Shown here piece by piece: positions 39,975 through 49,462 of a stretch of DNA of 64,000 nucleotides. Position 1 is the first letter of the stretch, and each line of letters opens with the position of its first letter. Under the pieces are notes generated by a model, which saw nothing but the letters and a program-made list of their open reading frames with translations, had not been told where the DNA came from and ran no database searches. A program made the position numbers and the translations under genes. Source of the DNA: an uncultured Actinomycetes bacterium (GTDB taxonomy: Bacteria > SZUA-79 > Acidulodesulfobacterales > Acidulodesulfobacteraceae); assembly GCA_964631685.1 (NCBI GenBank), contig CAZVZU010000002.1, positions 96,001 through 160,000 of the forward strand, written 5' to 3'.

Positions 39975-41351
39975 ATGTTTGATGGATTAAGCACAAAATT
40001 AGAAAAAGTATTTAAAAACCTGAAGGGCTACGGAAAGTTATCCGAGAAAAATATTGAGGATAGCCTTAAAGAGGTTAGGCTTTCTCTACTGGAAGCTGAT
40101 GTAAACTACCTTATAGTAAAAGAATTCGTTGAAAATGTTAAGAATAAAGCGATAGGCGAGAAGGTAACGGACAGTCTTACGCCTTCTCAACAAATGATAA
40201 AGATTATAAGGGATGAAATCGCAGATCTACTTGGCGAGAACGAGCCCCTTAATATGAAAGCTAAGCCTCCTGTAATTATCATGCTTATCGGGCTTCAAGG
40301 TTCTGGTAAAACAACGACTGCAGGTAAGCTTGCGTTGTACCTGCATAGAATGAAACGTAAAGTATACTTAGTCCCTGTTGACGTTTATAGACCCGCCGCC
40401 GTTCTACAATTAAAAAAAATAGGCTCAAGTATTAACATGCCAGTTCATGGCACATCAGAAGAGAACGGAGTAGTAACCCAAAAACCGGAAAATATTGTGC
40501 AAGATGCCATAGATATTGCAGAAAAACAGGCTTATGACACATTAATAATAGATACAGCAGGAAGGCTCGAGATTGACGAACCGCTTATGGACGAGCTTAA
40601 GTTGCTTAAGAGTAAATTTAAACCAAATGAAACTATATTTGTTGCAGACTCAATGTTGGGGCAAAGTGCAGTTACGGTCGCGAAAACCTTTAATGATGCA
40701 TTGGGTATCACAGGGGTTATCTTAACTAAGGTTGACGGGGATTCCAGGGGCGGAGCGGCATTGTCTATCAGGAAGACTATACATAAACCCATAAAATTTA
40801 TAGGCGTAGGTGAAAAATTAAGTGATTTCGAGGTGTTCCACGGCGGCAGAATAGCCGATAGAATATTAGGTATGGGCGATGTCCTTAGTCTAATTGAAAA
40901 AGCGCAGGAGGCTGTAGATGAAAAATCGGCTAAATCAATTGAGGATTCTTTTAATAAAAAAGATTTCACGGTCAATGATTTTGCCGGACAGCTTAAAATG
41001 ATGTCAAAAATTGGCGGCATAGGACAAATTGCCACAATGATTCCGGGTTTTTCTAAAATTAAAAATAAATTCAACACGGAATCAGCCGAAAAGGAGATTG
41101 TTAGAATTAAAGCAATAATAAACTCTATGACCGAAAAAGAGCGTATAAATCCAGATATTCTTAATGGAAACAGAAGAAAAAGAATTGCTCTCGGTAGTGG
41201 CACGAAGGTAAATGATGTAAACATCTTCATTAATAAGTTCGGAGAGGTGAAAAAAATGATGAAATCATTCAAAAAAAATAAATTAGGTTCTTTAAAGAAT
41301 ATAAATAACATTAAAAGCATGTTTAATAAAGGAGATTTCAAGTGGCGGTAA
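39975..41351 (+). CDS. ffh: Signal recognition particle protein
   Basis: GLQGSGKTT, DTAGR, TK.DGD.RGGAALS, RILGMGD, M domain. Confidence 0.97.
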   Translation: MFDGLSTKLEKVFKNLKGYGKLSEKNIEDSLKEVRLSLLEADVNYLIVKEFVENVKNKAIGEKVTDSLTPSQQMIKIIRDEIADLLGENEPLNMKAKPPVIIMLIGLQGSGKTTTAGKLALYLHRMKRKVYLVPVDVYRPAAVLQLKKIGSSINMPVHGTSEENGVVTQKPENIVQDAIDIAEKQAYDTLIIDTAGRLEIDEPLMDELKLLKSKFKPNETIFVADSMLGQSAVTVAKTFNDALGITGVILTKVDGDSRGGAALSIRKTIHKPIKFIGVGEKLSDFEVFHGGRIADRILGMGDVLSLIEKAQEAVDEKSAKSIEDSFNKKDFTVNDFAGQLKMMSKIGGIGQIATMIPGFSKIKNKFNTESAEKEIVRIKAIINSMTEKERINPDILNGNRRKRIALGSGTKVNDVNIFINKFGEVKKMMKSFKKNKLGSLKNINNIKSMFNKGDFKWR

Positions 41352-41581
41352 AAATCAGGCTTGCGAGAACGGGTTCTCACAAAAAACCAACTTACAGAAT
41401 TGTAGCGGCTTCGAGCGAGAGGGCTGTTCAAAAAAAATTCATAGAGATTCTTGGAACATATGACCCACGCACAAAAGACAATAAGTTTGTAATCAATAGG
41501 GATAAGTTTGACAAATGGATAGGACTAGGTGCAAAACCCAGTGATACGGTTATGTCTTTACTGAAAAAACAAGGAAAATGA
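41342..41581 (+). CDS. rpsP: 30S ribosomal protein S16
   Basis: MAVKIRL.R.G..K.P.YRIV, GA.PS.TV; GTG start with AAGGAG RBS. Confidence 0.96.
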   Translation: MAVKIRLARTGSHKKPTYRIVAASSERAVQKKFIEILGTYDPRTKDNKFVINRDKFDKWIGLGAKPSDTVMSLLKKQGK

Positions 41582-42078
41582 GCAAATATATAGGTGTCGG
41601 CAAATTCATCAAGCCACACGGCATACACGGTGAGCTCTCGATCGTCCCATTTAATCCGGACACCGATGTATTTACACAAAACTTTCCCTTATTTATTCAA
41701 AAACAAGACATATATAGCCGGCTTAAAATCAAAAAAATTCGAACGGTTACCAAGGGGGTACTTGTAAGTATACAAGATATTGACTCGATAGACGACGCAT
41801 TTAAGTTTAAGAATAAGCAAGTTTTTATAAACAAAGCCGACATAATGCTTAGCGAAAATGAGTATCTAATCTCAGATATGTTTAATCTAGGTTGCTATAA
41901 CCGTAAAGATGAGAGTATAGGGACTGTATCTAATATTTATCAGGGTGATACGGATATAATAGAAGTAAGCTCTATTGGCAAGACGTACCTAATCCCGATG
42001 ACCGATGCGAATATCGTATTAATAGATTGCGGTAATAACAAGGTTATCGTGCAAAATGAAGAAAGTTACAAAATCTAA
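41578..42078 (+). CDS. rimM: 16S rRNA processing protein RimM
   Basis: G....PHGI.GE, EY...D..., LIP; between rpsP and trmD. Confidence 0.88.
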   Translation: MSKYIGVGKFIKPHGIHGELSIVPFNPDTDVFTQNFPLFIQKQDIYSRLKIKKIRTVTKGVLVSIQDIDSIDDAFKFKNKQVFINKADIMLSENEYLISDMFNLGCYNRKDESIGTVSNIYQGDTDIIEVSSIGKTYLIPMTDANIVLIDCGNNKVIVQNEESYKI

Positions 42079-42085
42079 GCAAAAA

Positions 42086-42838
42086 ATGGACATAAAAACG
42101 GACCTTACTGCAGGAAACGATGCCAAGGTTATAGATATAATCTCGATAATGCCCGAGTACTTTGATTCCTTTCTTAATATAGGACTGATCGGCAGGGCTA
42201 TAAAAAACAGTATAATCAAGATTAATATAATTAACCCGAGGGACTTTTCTGAAGATAAGCACAAAAGGGTTGATGATAAAGTCTATGGCGGCGGTGCAGG
42301 TCAGCTTTTAATGGCTTATCCCATCTTAGAATCTTACAAGTTTGCAAAAAGTGAATATGATTTAAAATATAAAAAACAGGGTGATGCCGGCTTAATTACC
42401 ATTATAATGTCCGCATCTGGAAAGCCGCTAAACTCAAAGGTTGCAAGGGATATTTCCAACTATGATCATGTGATAGTCATATGCGGTAGATACGAAGGCA
42501 TAGATGATAGAGTTACGGAATTAACGCAAGGATTAGAGTTATCTATCGGCGATTATATATTATCCGGGGGTGAGATCGCATCCATCGTTTTAGTTGAGAC
42601 AATCGGAAGGTATTTCACTGGTTTTATGGGAAATTCCGAATCACTCAGTGAAGAAAGTTTTTCTGAAGATTATGGCGCAAGATTAGAATATCCTCAATAT
42701 ACAAAACCAAGACTCGTGCATAACCTCGCCGTTCCGGAAGTTTTACTGAAAGGAAATCATAAACAGATCGACGACTGGAGATTAAAAAATTCATTAAAAA
42801 AAACCGCTGGTAATAGGCCGGATTTACTAAAAAAATAA
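42086..42838 (+). CDS. trmD: tRNA (m1G37) methyltransferase (start likely ATG 42086)
   Basis: VDD..YGGGAG, CGRYEGID.R, SIGDY.LSGGE, LEYPQYT.P. Confidence 0.96.
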   Translation: MDIKTDLTAGNDAKVIDIISIMPEYFDSFLNIGLIGRAIKNSIIKINIINPRDFSEDKHKRVDDKVYGGGAGQLLMAYPILESYKFAKSEYDLKYKKQGDAGLITIIMSASGKPLNSKVARDISNYDHVIVICGRYEGIDDRVTELTQGLELSIGDYILSGGEIASIVLVETIGRYFTGFMGNSESLSEESFSEDYGARLEYPQYTKPRLVHNLAVPEVLLKGNHKQIDDWRLKNSLKKTAGNRPDLLKK

Positions 42839-42911
42839 ATTGATAAGTTATAAATATTATATTAAAATAATTACTTGTAAAGTAAACTTTGTAAAAAATA
42901 AGGAGTCTTAA

Positions 42912-43268
42912 ATGAATATCATTGAAAAGATTGAAAATTTAGCGCTTAGAACAGATGTACCGGTTTTTAAATCCGGTGATACGATCAAGGTTTATCAAAA
43001 GATAAAAGAGGGTGACAAAGAAAGAATTCAGGTTTTCGAGGGGGTCGTTATCGCTAGAAGGGGCAGTGGCCTACGCTTGTCATTCACTGTTAGAAAAAAT
43101 TCTTACGGCGTCGGCGTAGAAAAGACATTCTTGGTAAATTCACCTTTAGTAGATAAAATTGAACTTCTTTATCGCGGGAAGGTTAGAAGGGCAAAACTTT
43201 ATTATTTAAGAAAGAAAAAGGGCAAAGAAGCTAAGATTGAACGCCTGAGTATGGTTAATAATCACTGA
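42912..43268 (+). CDS. rplS: 50S ribosomal protein L19
   Basis: GD...V...[20 protein letters not shown]; possible own promoter TTGATA-17-TAAAAT at 42840-42868. Confidence 0.97.
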   Translation: MNIIEKIENLALRTDVPVFKSGDTIKVYQKIKEGDKERIQVFEGVVIARRGSGLRLSFTVRKNSYGVGVEKTFLVNSPLVDKIELLYRGKVRRAKLYYLRKKKGKEAKIERLSMVNNH

Positions 43269-43330
43269 TATCTATAATGACCTGGCAAGCATATATTCTA
43301 AAATTAATGTTATAAGGTAGGGGGTATCTA

Positions 43331-43651
43331 ATGGAAAATTCCAAAACACCATTTAGTAAATTTGCTGGATTTGTTGGTTCTATCCTAACTGCAACAGATG
43401 AGAAGTTTCAAAAAGTACTAGATAGATTTATTGTCGACCAGAACTTTGGACAGGAAGATGCTAAGGTTTTTTCAAAAAAAATGAAAGAAATTTTTGATTC
43501 TAACAAGAGTAAGCTTTCCTCATTAATAGACGAATCAATTGAAAGAGCCTTAAGCAAAGCAGACATCGCCCGTAGCTCAGAGATTAAAGCATTGCAAGAA
43601 AAAATTAAAGAGCTGGAATCAAGAATAGATGAGAAGGATTCCTCTTTATAG
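43331..43651 (+). CDS. Small helical/coiled-coil protein, phasin (PhaF-like) family candidate
   Basis: GGGGG RBS; T.EK...V...., .I.....E..AL...I..LE pattern. Confidence 0.5.
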   Translation: MENSKTPFSKFAGFVGSILTATDEKFQKVLDRFIVDQNFGQEDAKVFSKKMKEIFDSNKSKLSSLIDESIERALSKADIARSSEIKALQEKIKELESRIDEKDSSL

Positions 43652-43656
43652 TAAAG

Positions 43657-43935
43657 ATGAAGATAAAATCGTACAGAATTATTATCAAAGGTACTGTTCA
43701 AGGGGTTAATTTTAGAAATTTTACAAAACTTGAAGCCGATAAAATCGGCGTAAAAGGTTATGTGAGAAATATTAGCGATGGCAATGTAGAGGCCTGTTTG
43801 GAGGGAGAGGCGGATAAAATTAGAAAGATGCTCTCTACGATAAGTTCGGGGCCTCCTTATGCAAAGGTAAACAAGGTTGAACTTTGCGAACAGGTAGATT
43901 TATCAAATTTCGAAGATTTTAGGATAGTAAGATAA
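43657..43935 (+). CDS. acyP: Acylphosphatase
   Basis: G.VQGV.FR, G.V.N..DG.VE, GPP.A.V. Confidence 0.93.
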   Translation: MKIKSYRIIIKGTVQGVNFRNFTKLEADKIGVKGYVRNISDGNVEACLEGEADKIRKMLSTISSGPPYAKVNKVELCEQVDLSNFEDFRIVR

Positions 43936-43946
43936 AAACAATAAGA

Positions 43947-44666
43947 TTATCGGAAGGGGCAAGGATTGATTTCGTCTTGATTAGGCATTAAGGATAATGG
44001 CTCTACTGCAATACTGATTTCTCCCCTTAAAAGCTCCGGTTTATTTTTAATCTCATCTCTTAATGTTTTTAAATCTTGCGTTTTGATAAACTCGTAAACC
44101 TTTGTAATCTCTTTAGCATAACATATTTTCACATTTCCCAATGTCTCCATGATATCATCAAGCAATTTTTCGACACTTCTTGCCGGTTCGAAGACTACAA
44201 ACACCCTCTTTTCTTCATGAAGTTTATTCAGTAATTTTTTTCTTTTACCCCTTTTTTTTGGCAGAAATCCCACAAATGTAAATTCTGAAACATTAAGCCC
44301 TGCTGTCGAAATAATGCTTGAAATACTTGAAGGACCAGGTATCGGTATAACTCTTATGCCTTTTTCTACGCACAATCTTACCAAATATGAACCTGGGTCT
44401 GATATTAAAGGCGTCCCAGCCTCGCTTACTAATGCAATATTTTTTCCTTTCATTATGTTATTAACAAGACCGTCTGCCGCAGACCGTTTGTTATATTCAT
44501 GATAGGGGGTTAAACGAGTTTTTATGCGATAACGAGAGGTTAATATCCTCGTTTTCCTAGTATCCTCACAAGCAATATAATCGACCATCCTCATTACCTT
44601 AAGGGCTCTTATTGTAATATCTTCAAGATTGCCAATTGGAGTAGCAATTATATATAGCGCCGACAT
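43947..44666 (-). CDS. rsmI: 16S rRNA C1402 2'-O-methyltransferase
   Basis: ATPIGNLEDIT.RA, CEDTR, AGTP.ISDPG, GFLP, E.TK..E. Confidence 0.95.
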   Translation of the reverse strand: MSALYIIATPIGNLEDITIRALKVMRMVDYIACEDTRKTRILTSRYRIKTRLTPYHEYNKRSAADGLVNNIMKGKNIALVSEAGTPLISDPGSYLVRLCVEKGIRVIPIPGPSSISSIISTAGLNVSEFTFVGFLPKKRGKRKKLLNKLHEEKRVFVVFEPARSVEKLLDDIMETLGNVKICYAKEITKVYEFIKTQDLKTLRDEIKNKPELLRGEISIAVEPLSLMPNQDEINPCPFR

Positions 44667-44670
44667 TTGC

Positions 44671-45522
44671 TTATGACCAATCCCTTAAATATCTAAAATC
44701 TATATTTATTGTACGCTCAGAAACCTTGACTATTAAAGGTAGCCGTCTTTTGTACTGAGATTTTTTAATCTTGTCATAAATGGTGTTCACGAGTCTTTCA
44801 TCATAACCTAGCGACGCAACCACCTCAGGCTTGTACATTTTATCTATTAAGAGATACATTATATCGTCCGCAACTTTATAAGTAAAACCCAACTCGGATT
44901 CGTCAGATTGTCCCGACCATAAATCTGCCGACGGGGGTTTTTCTATAATGCTATCAGGGATGCCCATAAACTTAGCAAGCCAGTATATTTGAGTTTTATA
45001 AATATCCCCTATAGGGTTTAAGGCTGAGGCCATATCACCGTAAATTGTGCCGTAACCCAAAAGAAGCTCCGATTTATTGCTTGTCCCAAGGACTAAAGAG
45101 TTAAGTTTATATGAATAGTCGTATAAAATAGACATTCTTTCTCGCGCCATTTTATTTCCCATCCTAACTTTAATATCATCACTGCCTTCAGTATAATCCT
45201 TTTCTGCCGAGAAATAGCCATCAATTTGCCTTGTTATATCAATTACTGAATAAGGAATATCAAGCGCATCAACTACCTTCATTGCATCTTTGGTGCTCTC
45301 TTCGGAACTGCTTTTATATGGCATGAACAGAGCCGTGACACTATTTTTACCTAGTGCACTACAGGCAAGGTAACAAGCTACTGCGGAATCTATCCCGCCG
45401 GAAAGCCCCAGCACAACCTTGCTTATACCCGTTTTTAAAACCTCACTTTTTATAAAATACGTAAGGTGCTTAAAAATAATCGGAAAATTATGCTCGTCAA
45501 TTCTCGGAAGATCTTTGTTCAT
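44671..45522 (-). CDS. nadE: NAD+ synthetase (synthetase domain only)
   Basis: GLSGGIDS, N..AR.RM, GT.NKSE..LGY.T.YGD, PSADLW.GQ.DE. Confidence 0.95.
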   Translation of the reverse strand: MNKDLPRIDEHNFPIIFKHLTYFIKSEVLKTGISKVVLGLSGGIDSAVACYLACSALGKNSVTALFMPYKSSSEESTKDAMKVVDALDIPYSVIDITRQIDGYFSAEKDYTEGSDDIKVRMGNKMARERMSILYDYSYKLNSLVLGTSNKSELLLGYGTIYGDMASALNPIGDIYKTQIYWLAKFMGIPDSIIEKPPSADLWSGQSDESELGFTYKVADDIMYLLIDKMYKPEVVASLGYDERLVNTIYDKIKKSQYKRRLPLIVKVSERTINIDFRYLRDWS

Positions 45523-45539
45523 ATTTCAAAATTGAATTA

Positions 45540-46427
45540 TTATTTAGAGTTCACTATGCCTTCTAACTCTTTTAGCGTTAAATTTAAATTTTCATCCCTT
45601 ACAAGTGGCGTTCTGAATCTCTCATTATTTAAAAGATCTAAATTAATTTTAACCTTTAAATACCCTTCCTCAAGGTAGTCAAGCCGATCGTCAATCTCAC
45701 CGGTGGGGCCAAATATACAGGAACCGCCGGAAAATCCTATGCCATCCTCAAATCCTACCCTGTTGACATAGATTACATAGCTTCGGTAATAGAATGCTAT
45801 CACCGAGAGCAATTCCTCCCACATTTTTATAGAATTAAACTTATCGAGTCCTGGCATAATACCCCTTGCAGGAGATGCAGAATTAACTATAATAATCTCT
45901 GCCCCTTTATTGACCGCTATATAAGAAGAGGAGAGATGCCACGCATCCTCACAGGTCAAAATGGAAGACTTAACCCCCTTTATATCAAAAACGCTAAATC
46001 CGCCTCCAGGCTTGAAATACCTTAGCTCCTCAAACATTCCATATGTCGGCAGATAAACCTTTCTGTGGACATTAATAACCTTACCCCCAGAAATACAAAG
46101 AGATGAGTTATAAAAATTATAATCTTCATCTTTTTCGACAAAGCCCACGATAATGGACATATTAAAAACTAAACTTGCGTTGTAAAGAGGTTCAAATACA
46201 AGCGCCTCTTTGCTATTTATGTTTATACCGACGTCGTAAACGCTATCTTTTAAAAAATAGCCGGTTAAAGAAAGTTCAGGAAAAATAACAAGCTCCACCC
46301 CTTCCTCCGAAGCCTTCCGGATAAACTCCATATGCTTTTCTATATTTTTATTGAAATCCCCCGTATAGGGATTTATCTGCGCGAGTAGCGCGTTAATCAC
46401 ACGCATTTCCTTCACCCTTGCTGCCAT
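45540..46427 (-). CDS. Nitrilase-family glutaminase, probable partner subunit of NadE
   Basis: E-K-C triad: FPELSLTGY, RK.YLPTYG.F.E.RYF, CEDAW; 17 bp upstream of nadE. Confidence 0.85.
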   Translation of the reverse strand: MAARVKEMRVINALLAQINPYTGDFNKNIEKHMEFIRKASEEGVELVIFPELSLTGYFLKDSVYDVGININSKEALVFEPLYNASLVFNMSIIVGFVEKDEDYNFYNSSLCISGGKVINVHRKVYLPTYGMFEELRYFKPGGGFSVFDIKGVKSSILTCEDAWHLSSSYIAVNKGAEIIIVNSASPARGIMPGLDKFNSIKMWEELLSVIAFYYRSYVIYVNRVGFEDGIGFSGGSCIFGPTGEIDDRLDYLEEGYLKVKINLDLLNNERFRTPLVRDENLNLTLKELEGIVNSK

Positions 46428-46454
46428 TATGCATACATGTTATATATGCATTCT

Positions 46455-47018
46455 TTAATATTTAAATGTTCTTCTGTGTATTTCACTAAAGCCATATTTT
46501 CTTAAATTGCTTTTATGTTCTTTGGTGGCATAACCCTTATGGTTTCTAAAGCCGTATTCCGGATATTTATTATCTAAAGAAATCATTAAACGATCCCTGA
46601 AAACCTTGGCAATAATGGATGCACAGGAAACTAGTTTAATTTTTTCATCCGCTTTGATAACCCGAATTACCCTTAGACTCTCAATGTTGATCAAATTTTT
46701 TGGCGCGATAGGTCCGTCTATGATGGCTACATCCGGTTTAACAGTCAATCCTTGAAACGCCCTTTCCATAGACAACATGGCCGCATTTAGAATATTTATT
46801 TTGTCTATTTCAATATTAGACGCAACACCTATCGAATAAAACGCCGCATTTGACAAAATTATAGCGTAAAGCTCGTTTCTTTTCTTCTCCGACAGCTGTT
46901 TGGAATCCTTGGCGCCTAGGGGAATTTTCTTTTTATCGATTATTACCGCAGCCGAAACTACTGGGCCCGCCAAACACCCTCTGCCCACTTCATCTATGCC
47001 ACAAATCTGCAATGTCAT
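46455..47018 (-). CDS. rnhB: Ribonuclease HII
   Basis: GIDEVGRG.LAGPV, DSK.L, ASIIAKV.RD, HKGY.T..H, HR..F. Confidence 0.96.
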   Translation of the reverse strand: MTLQICGIDEVGRGCLAGPVVSAAVIIDKKKIPLGAKDSKQLSEKKRNELYAIILSNAAFYSIGVASNIEIDKINILNAAMLSMERAFQGLTVKPDVAIIDGPIAPKNLINIESLRVIRVIKADEKIKLVSCASIIAKVFRDRLMISLDNKYPEYGFRNHKGYATKEHKSNLRKYGFSEIHRRTFKY

Positions 47019-48520
47019 GTCAACAAATTAATAAATTTATAAAATGCATCTATCCTTTTTACGCATTTATTTTTTCCGAGAGCAAATATAGTATCGAATA
47101 TCGGCGGACTAACGCGCTCTCCAGTTAAGGCCAGTCTAATAAGCATAGCCTTTTCTTTCATTGTCCAACTATTTTCGGATAAAAAATTATTAAATTCTAG
47201 CTTGATTGATTCTATGGAGTTTTGTATAAAATGAGAAACATCTTCTTTCACGTTTAAATCTGCATCATAATTAAAGATGCTATCGGACAAATTGCCAATA
47301 AATACTTTAAGGCACTGCAAAAATAATAAATCCGCTTCGTTGAAAGTAAATTCATTCAAAATGTCCCTTTTATATTCTACAGCATTGTTCATGAAAAAAT
47401 TTAATTTTTGCCTCAACTCGGCAATCGTCTTTACGCGGGTTTTAAGAGAACCTACTATGGAGACTGATTCTATGCTCTTATCTATAGATTTTTCGGAGAC
47501 ATCTTTCGTCTTATTCATCGCATCTAAAATGTCAAATGAATCTTTAGACTTAATATAATATGAGTTTAACCATGAAAGCTTGTCTACGTTAAATGTAGCA
47601 GCGGATTTATTAATATTTTTAAGGTCAAAATATTTTATAATATCATCCATGGAAAGTATTTCGTCGTTTCCGTGCGACCAACCAAGTCTAATTAAGTAAT
47701 TAACCATTGCCTCGGGTAAAAACCCATCCATTTTGTATTGGTTAACAGATGATGCTCCATGTCTCTTGGATAATCTTTTCCCATCCTTACCCAATATCAT
47801 TGATACATGGGCAAACTCCGGTATTTTAAAACCGAGCGCGTCATATAGCATGATCTGTTTTGGGGTATTACTGACATGGTCATCACCCCTTATTACATGG
47901 GTTATTCCCATAAGCGCATCGTCCACGACAACAACAAGGTTGTATGTCGGGATCCCATCCTCCCGCACAAGTACAAAATCGCCTATTTCATCGTGATTAA
48001 TGTTCACCGAATGGTTTCTTATCAGGTCTTTAAATCCGGTATTGATTCCCGCGCCCCTTTCGACCCTAAACCGGATTACATGCGGTTTTGTTAAATCTAT
48101 TTTATCGGGTTTTAAATCGCGGCATCTTCCCATATACATAGGTTTTTTGCCACTGGAAATAAGTATATTTTTGTCTTCTTCAAGAAGCTCCTTGGAACAG
48201 AAACAGTAGTAAGCCTTACCTTCCTTTAATAAGCGGTCAATATAGGATTGATATAGCTCTAGTCTCCGAGATTGATAAATTATGTCTTCGTCGGAAACAA
48301 TAGAAACCCATTTTAGGCTATCCAATATATCAATTTCAAACTCTTTTGCAGAACGCTCAAAATCGGTATCCTCAATCCTTATAACAAATTTTCCCCCAAA
48401 ATGTTTGGCATAAACATAGTTAAAAAGTGCAGTTCTGATGCCGCCTATATGTAAGTACCCCGTGGGGCTTGGTGCAAATCTTGTCTTTATAATATCCATC
48501 TGTTCTTTATAATATACCAT
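47015..48520 (-). CDS. gltX: Glutamyl-tRNA synthetase
   Basis: RFAPSPTG.LHIGG, RIEDTD, RGDDH, LSKR. Confidence 0.96.
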   Translation of the reverse strand: MVYYKEQMDIIKTRFAPSPTGYLHIGGIRTALFNYVYAKHFGGKFVIRIEDTDFERSAKEFEIDILDSLKWVSIVSDEDIIYQSRRLELYQSYIDRLLKEGKAYYCFCSKELLEEDKNILISSGKKPMYMGRCRDLKPDKIDLTKPHVIRFRVERGAGINTGFKDLIRNHSVNINHDEIGDFVLVREDGIPTYNLVVVVDDALMGITHVIRGDDHVSNTPKQIMLYDALGFKIPEFAHVSMILGKDGKRLSKRHGASSVNQYKMDGFLPEAMVNYLIRLGWSHGNDEILSMDDIIKYFDLKNINKSAATFNVDKLSWLNSYYIKSKDSFDILDAMNKTKDVSEKSIDKSIESVSIVGSLKTRVKTIAELRQKLNFFMNNAVEYKRDILNEFTFNEADLLFLQCLKVFIGNLSDSIFNYDADLNVKEDVSHFIQNSIESIKLEFNNFLSENSWTMKEKAMLIRLALTGERVSPPIFDTIFALGKNKCVKRIDAFYKFINLLT

Positions 48521-48538
48521 TAAATAATTAGTTATTAA

Positions 48539-49378
48539 TCAATATACAACAATAGAAGAATATCCGACGACACTCGAATAATCGCCTGTAACTTTCCCTG
48601 AATTAGCATAGTCGACAAGCTCGGCGTGTGTGTGCCCTGCCATTTTAGCGATATTAAGCATTATGGACACGGGTATAAAACCGCACATAGAAATCCCACG
48701 ATCTCTCACGCTACCATAGAGTCCCCTCGGGTCTAAATCCAAAATCTTGTTAATGGCAATATCATCTTTAATTTTAGCCGTATCCGCAGATTCATAATGG
48801 GTCATATCTGAACTTGCAACTATCAAGACATCGTCTAATAAACTTAACTTTTGCAAAGCATTAAAGATTGCCTTGGCAGTACGTAAAATATCGTCATATC
48901 TTATAAAAGAAACAACAATCGGAACAATCGTGAAATCTTGTTTAAAATCGTATATCAAAGGAATTTGAACCTCGATAGAATGCTCCTTTGACTGGGCAAG
49001 CGCATCTAAAATAAAAAGACTGGATTTCTCCCCTAAAATAGCCTCCGCCAAATCTGTGTTAATAGGCACGTTGAAATCTTTAAATCCATAATACCCCTTT
49101 GTCATTATTGAGCAATCGGCGCCTAAGCCCGTATGATTGGGCCCTATAATAATTATATTATTTTTTATATTAATTCTGGAATAGCCGTAATATGCAGTTT
49201 GTCCTGAGTATATATAGCCTGCGTGGGGAGACACTACACCGAAAGCATCTGTCTTGTCTTTTATAGAAGCAATATTAAAAGAAGCAATTAAGCTTTTGAT
49301 ATTGCTTAAACCCTCGGGGTAAAAATAACCCATTGCAACAGGCTCTCTAATCAAAACGCTCACCTTTCTTTTAAACAA
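48539..49378 (-). CDS. Memo-family protein (AmmeMemoRadiSam system protein B)
   Basis: FYP, PHAGY.YSG, GPNH, EHS.EVQ.P, SSD.THY, MCG..P, VVGY. Confidence 0.9.
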   Translation of the reverse strand: MFKRKVSVLIREPVAMGYFYPEGLSNIKSLIASFNIASIKDKTDAFGVVSPHAGYIYSGQTAYYGYSRINIKNNIIIIGPNHTGLGADCSIMTKGYYGFKDFNVPINTDLAEAILGEKSSLFILDALAQSKEHSIEVQIPLIYDFKQDFTIVPIVVSFIRYDDILRTAKAIFNALQKLSLLDDVLIVASSDMTHYESADTAKIKDDIAINKILDLDPRGLYGSVRDRGISMCGFIPVSIMLNIAKMAGHTHAELVDYANSGKVTGDYSSVVGYSSIVVY

Positions 49379-49462
49379 ACTTGCATTAATAAGTAAATCT
49401 AAATTTCTGCACTATATGTAGTTATATCACTTAAACATGACTATGTAAAATTAAAGCCCGCC

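Noticed and set aside
40532..41431. 299-aa minus-strand ORF
   Set aside because: Antisense shadow of ffh/rpsP with no recognisable motifs; the other short track ORFs nested opposite known genes were rejected for the same reason
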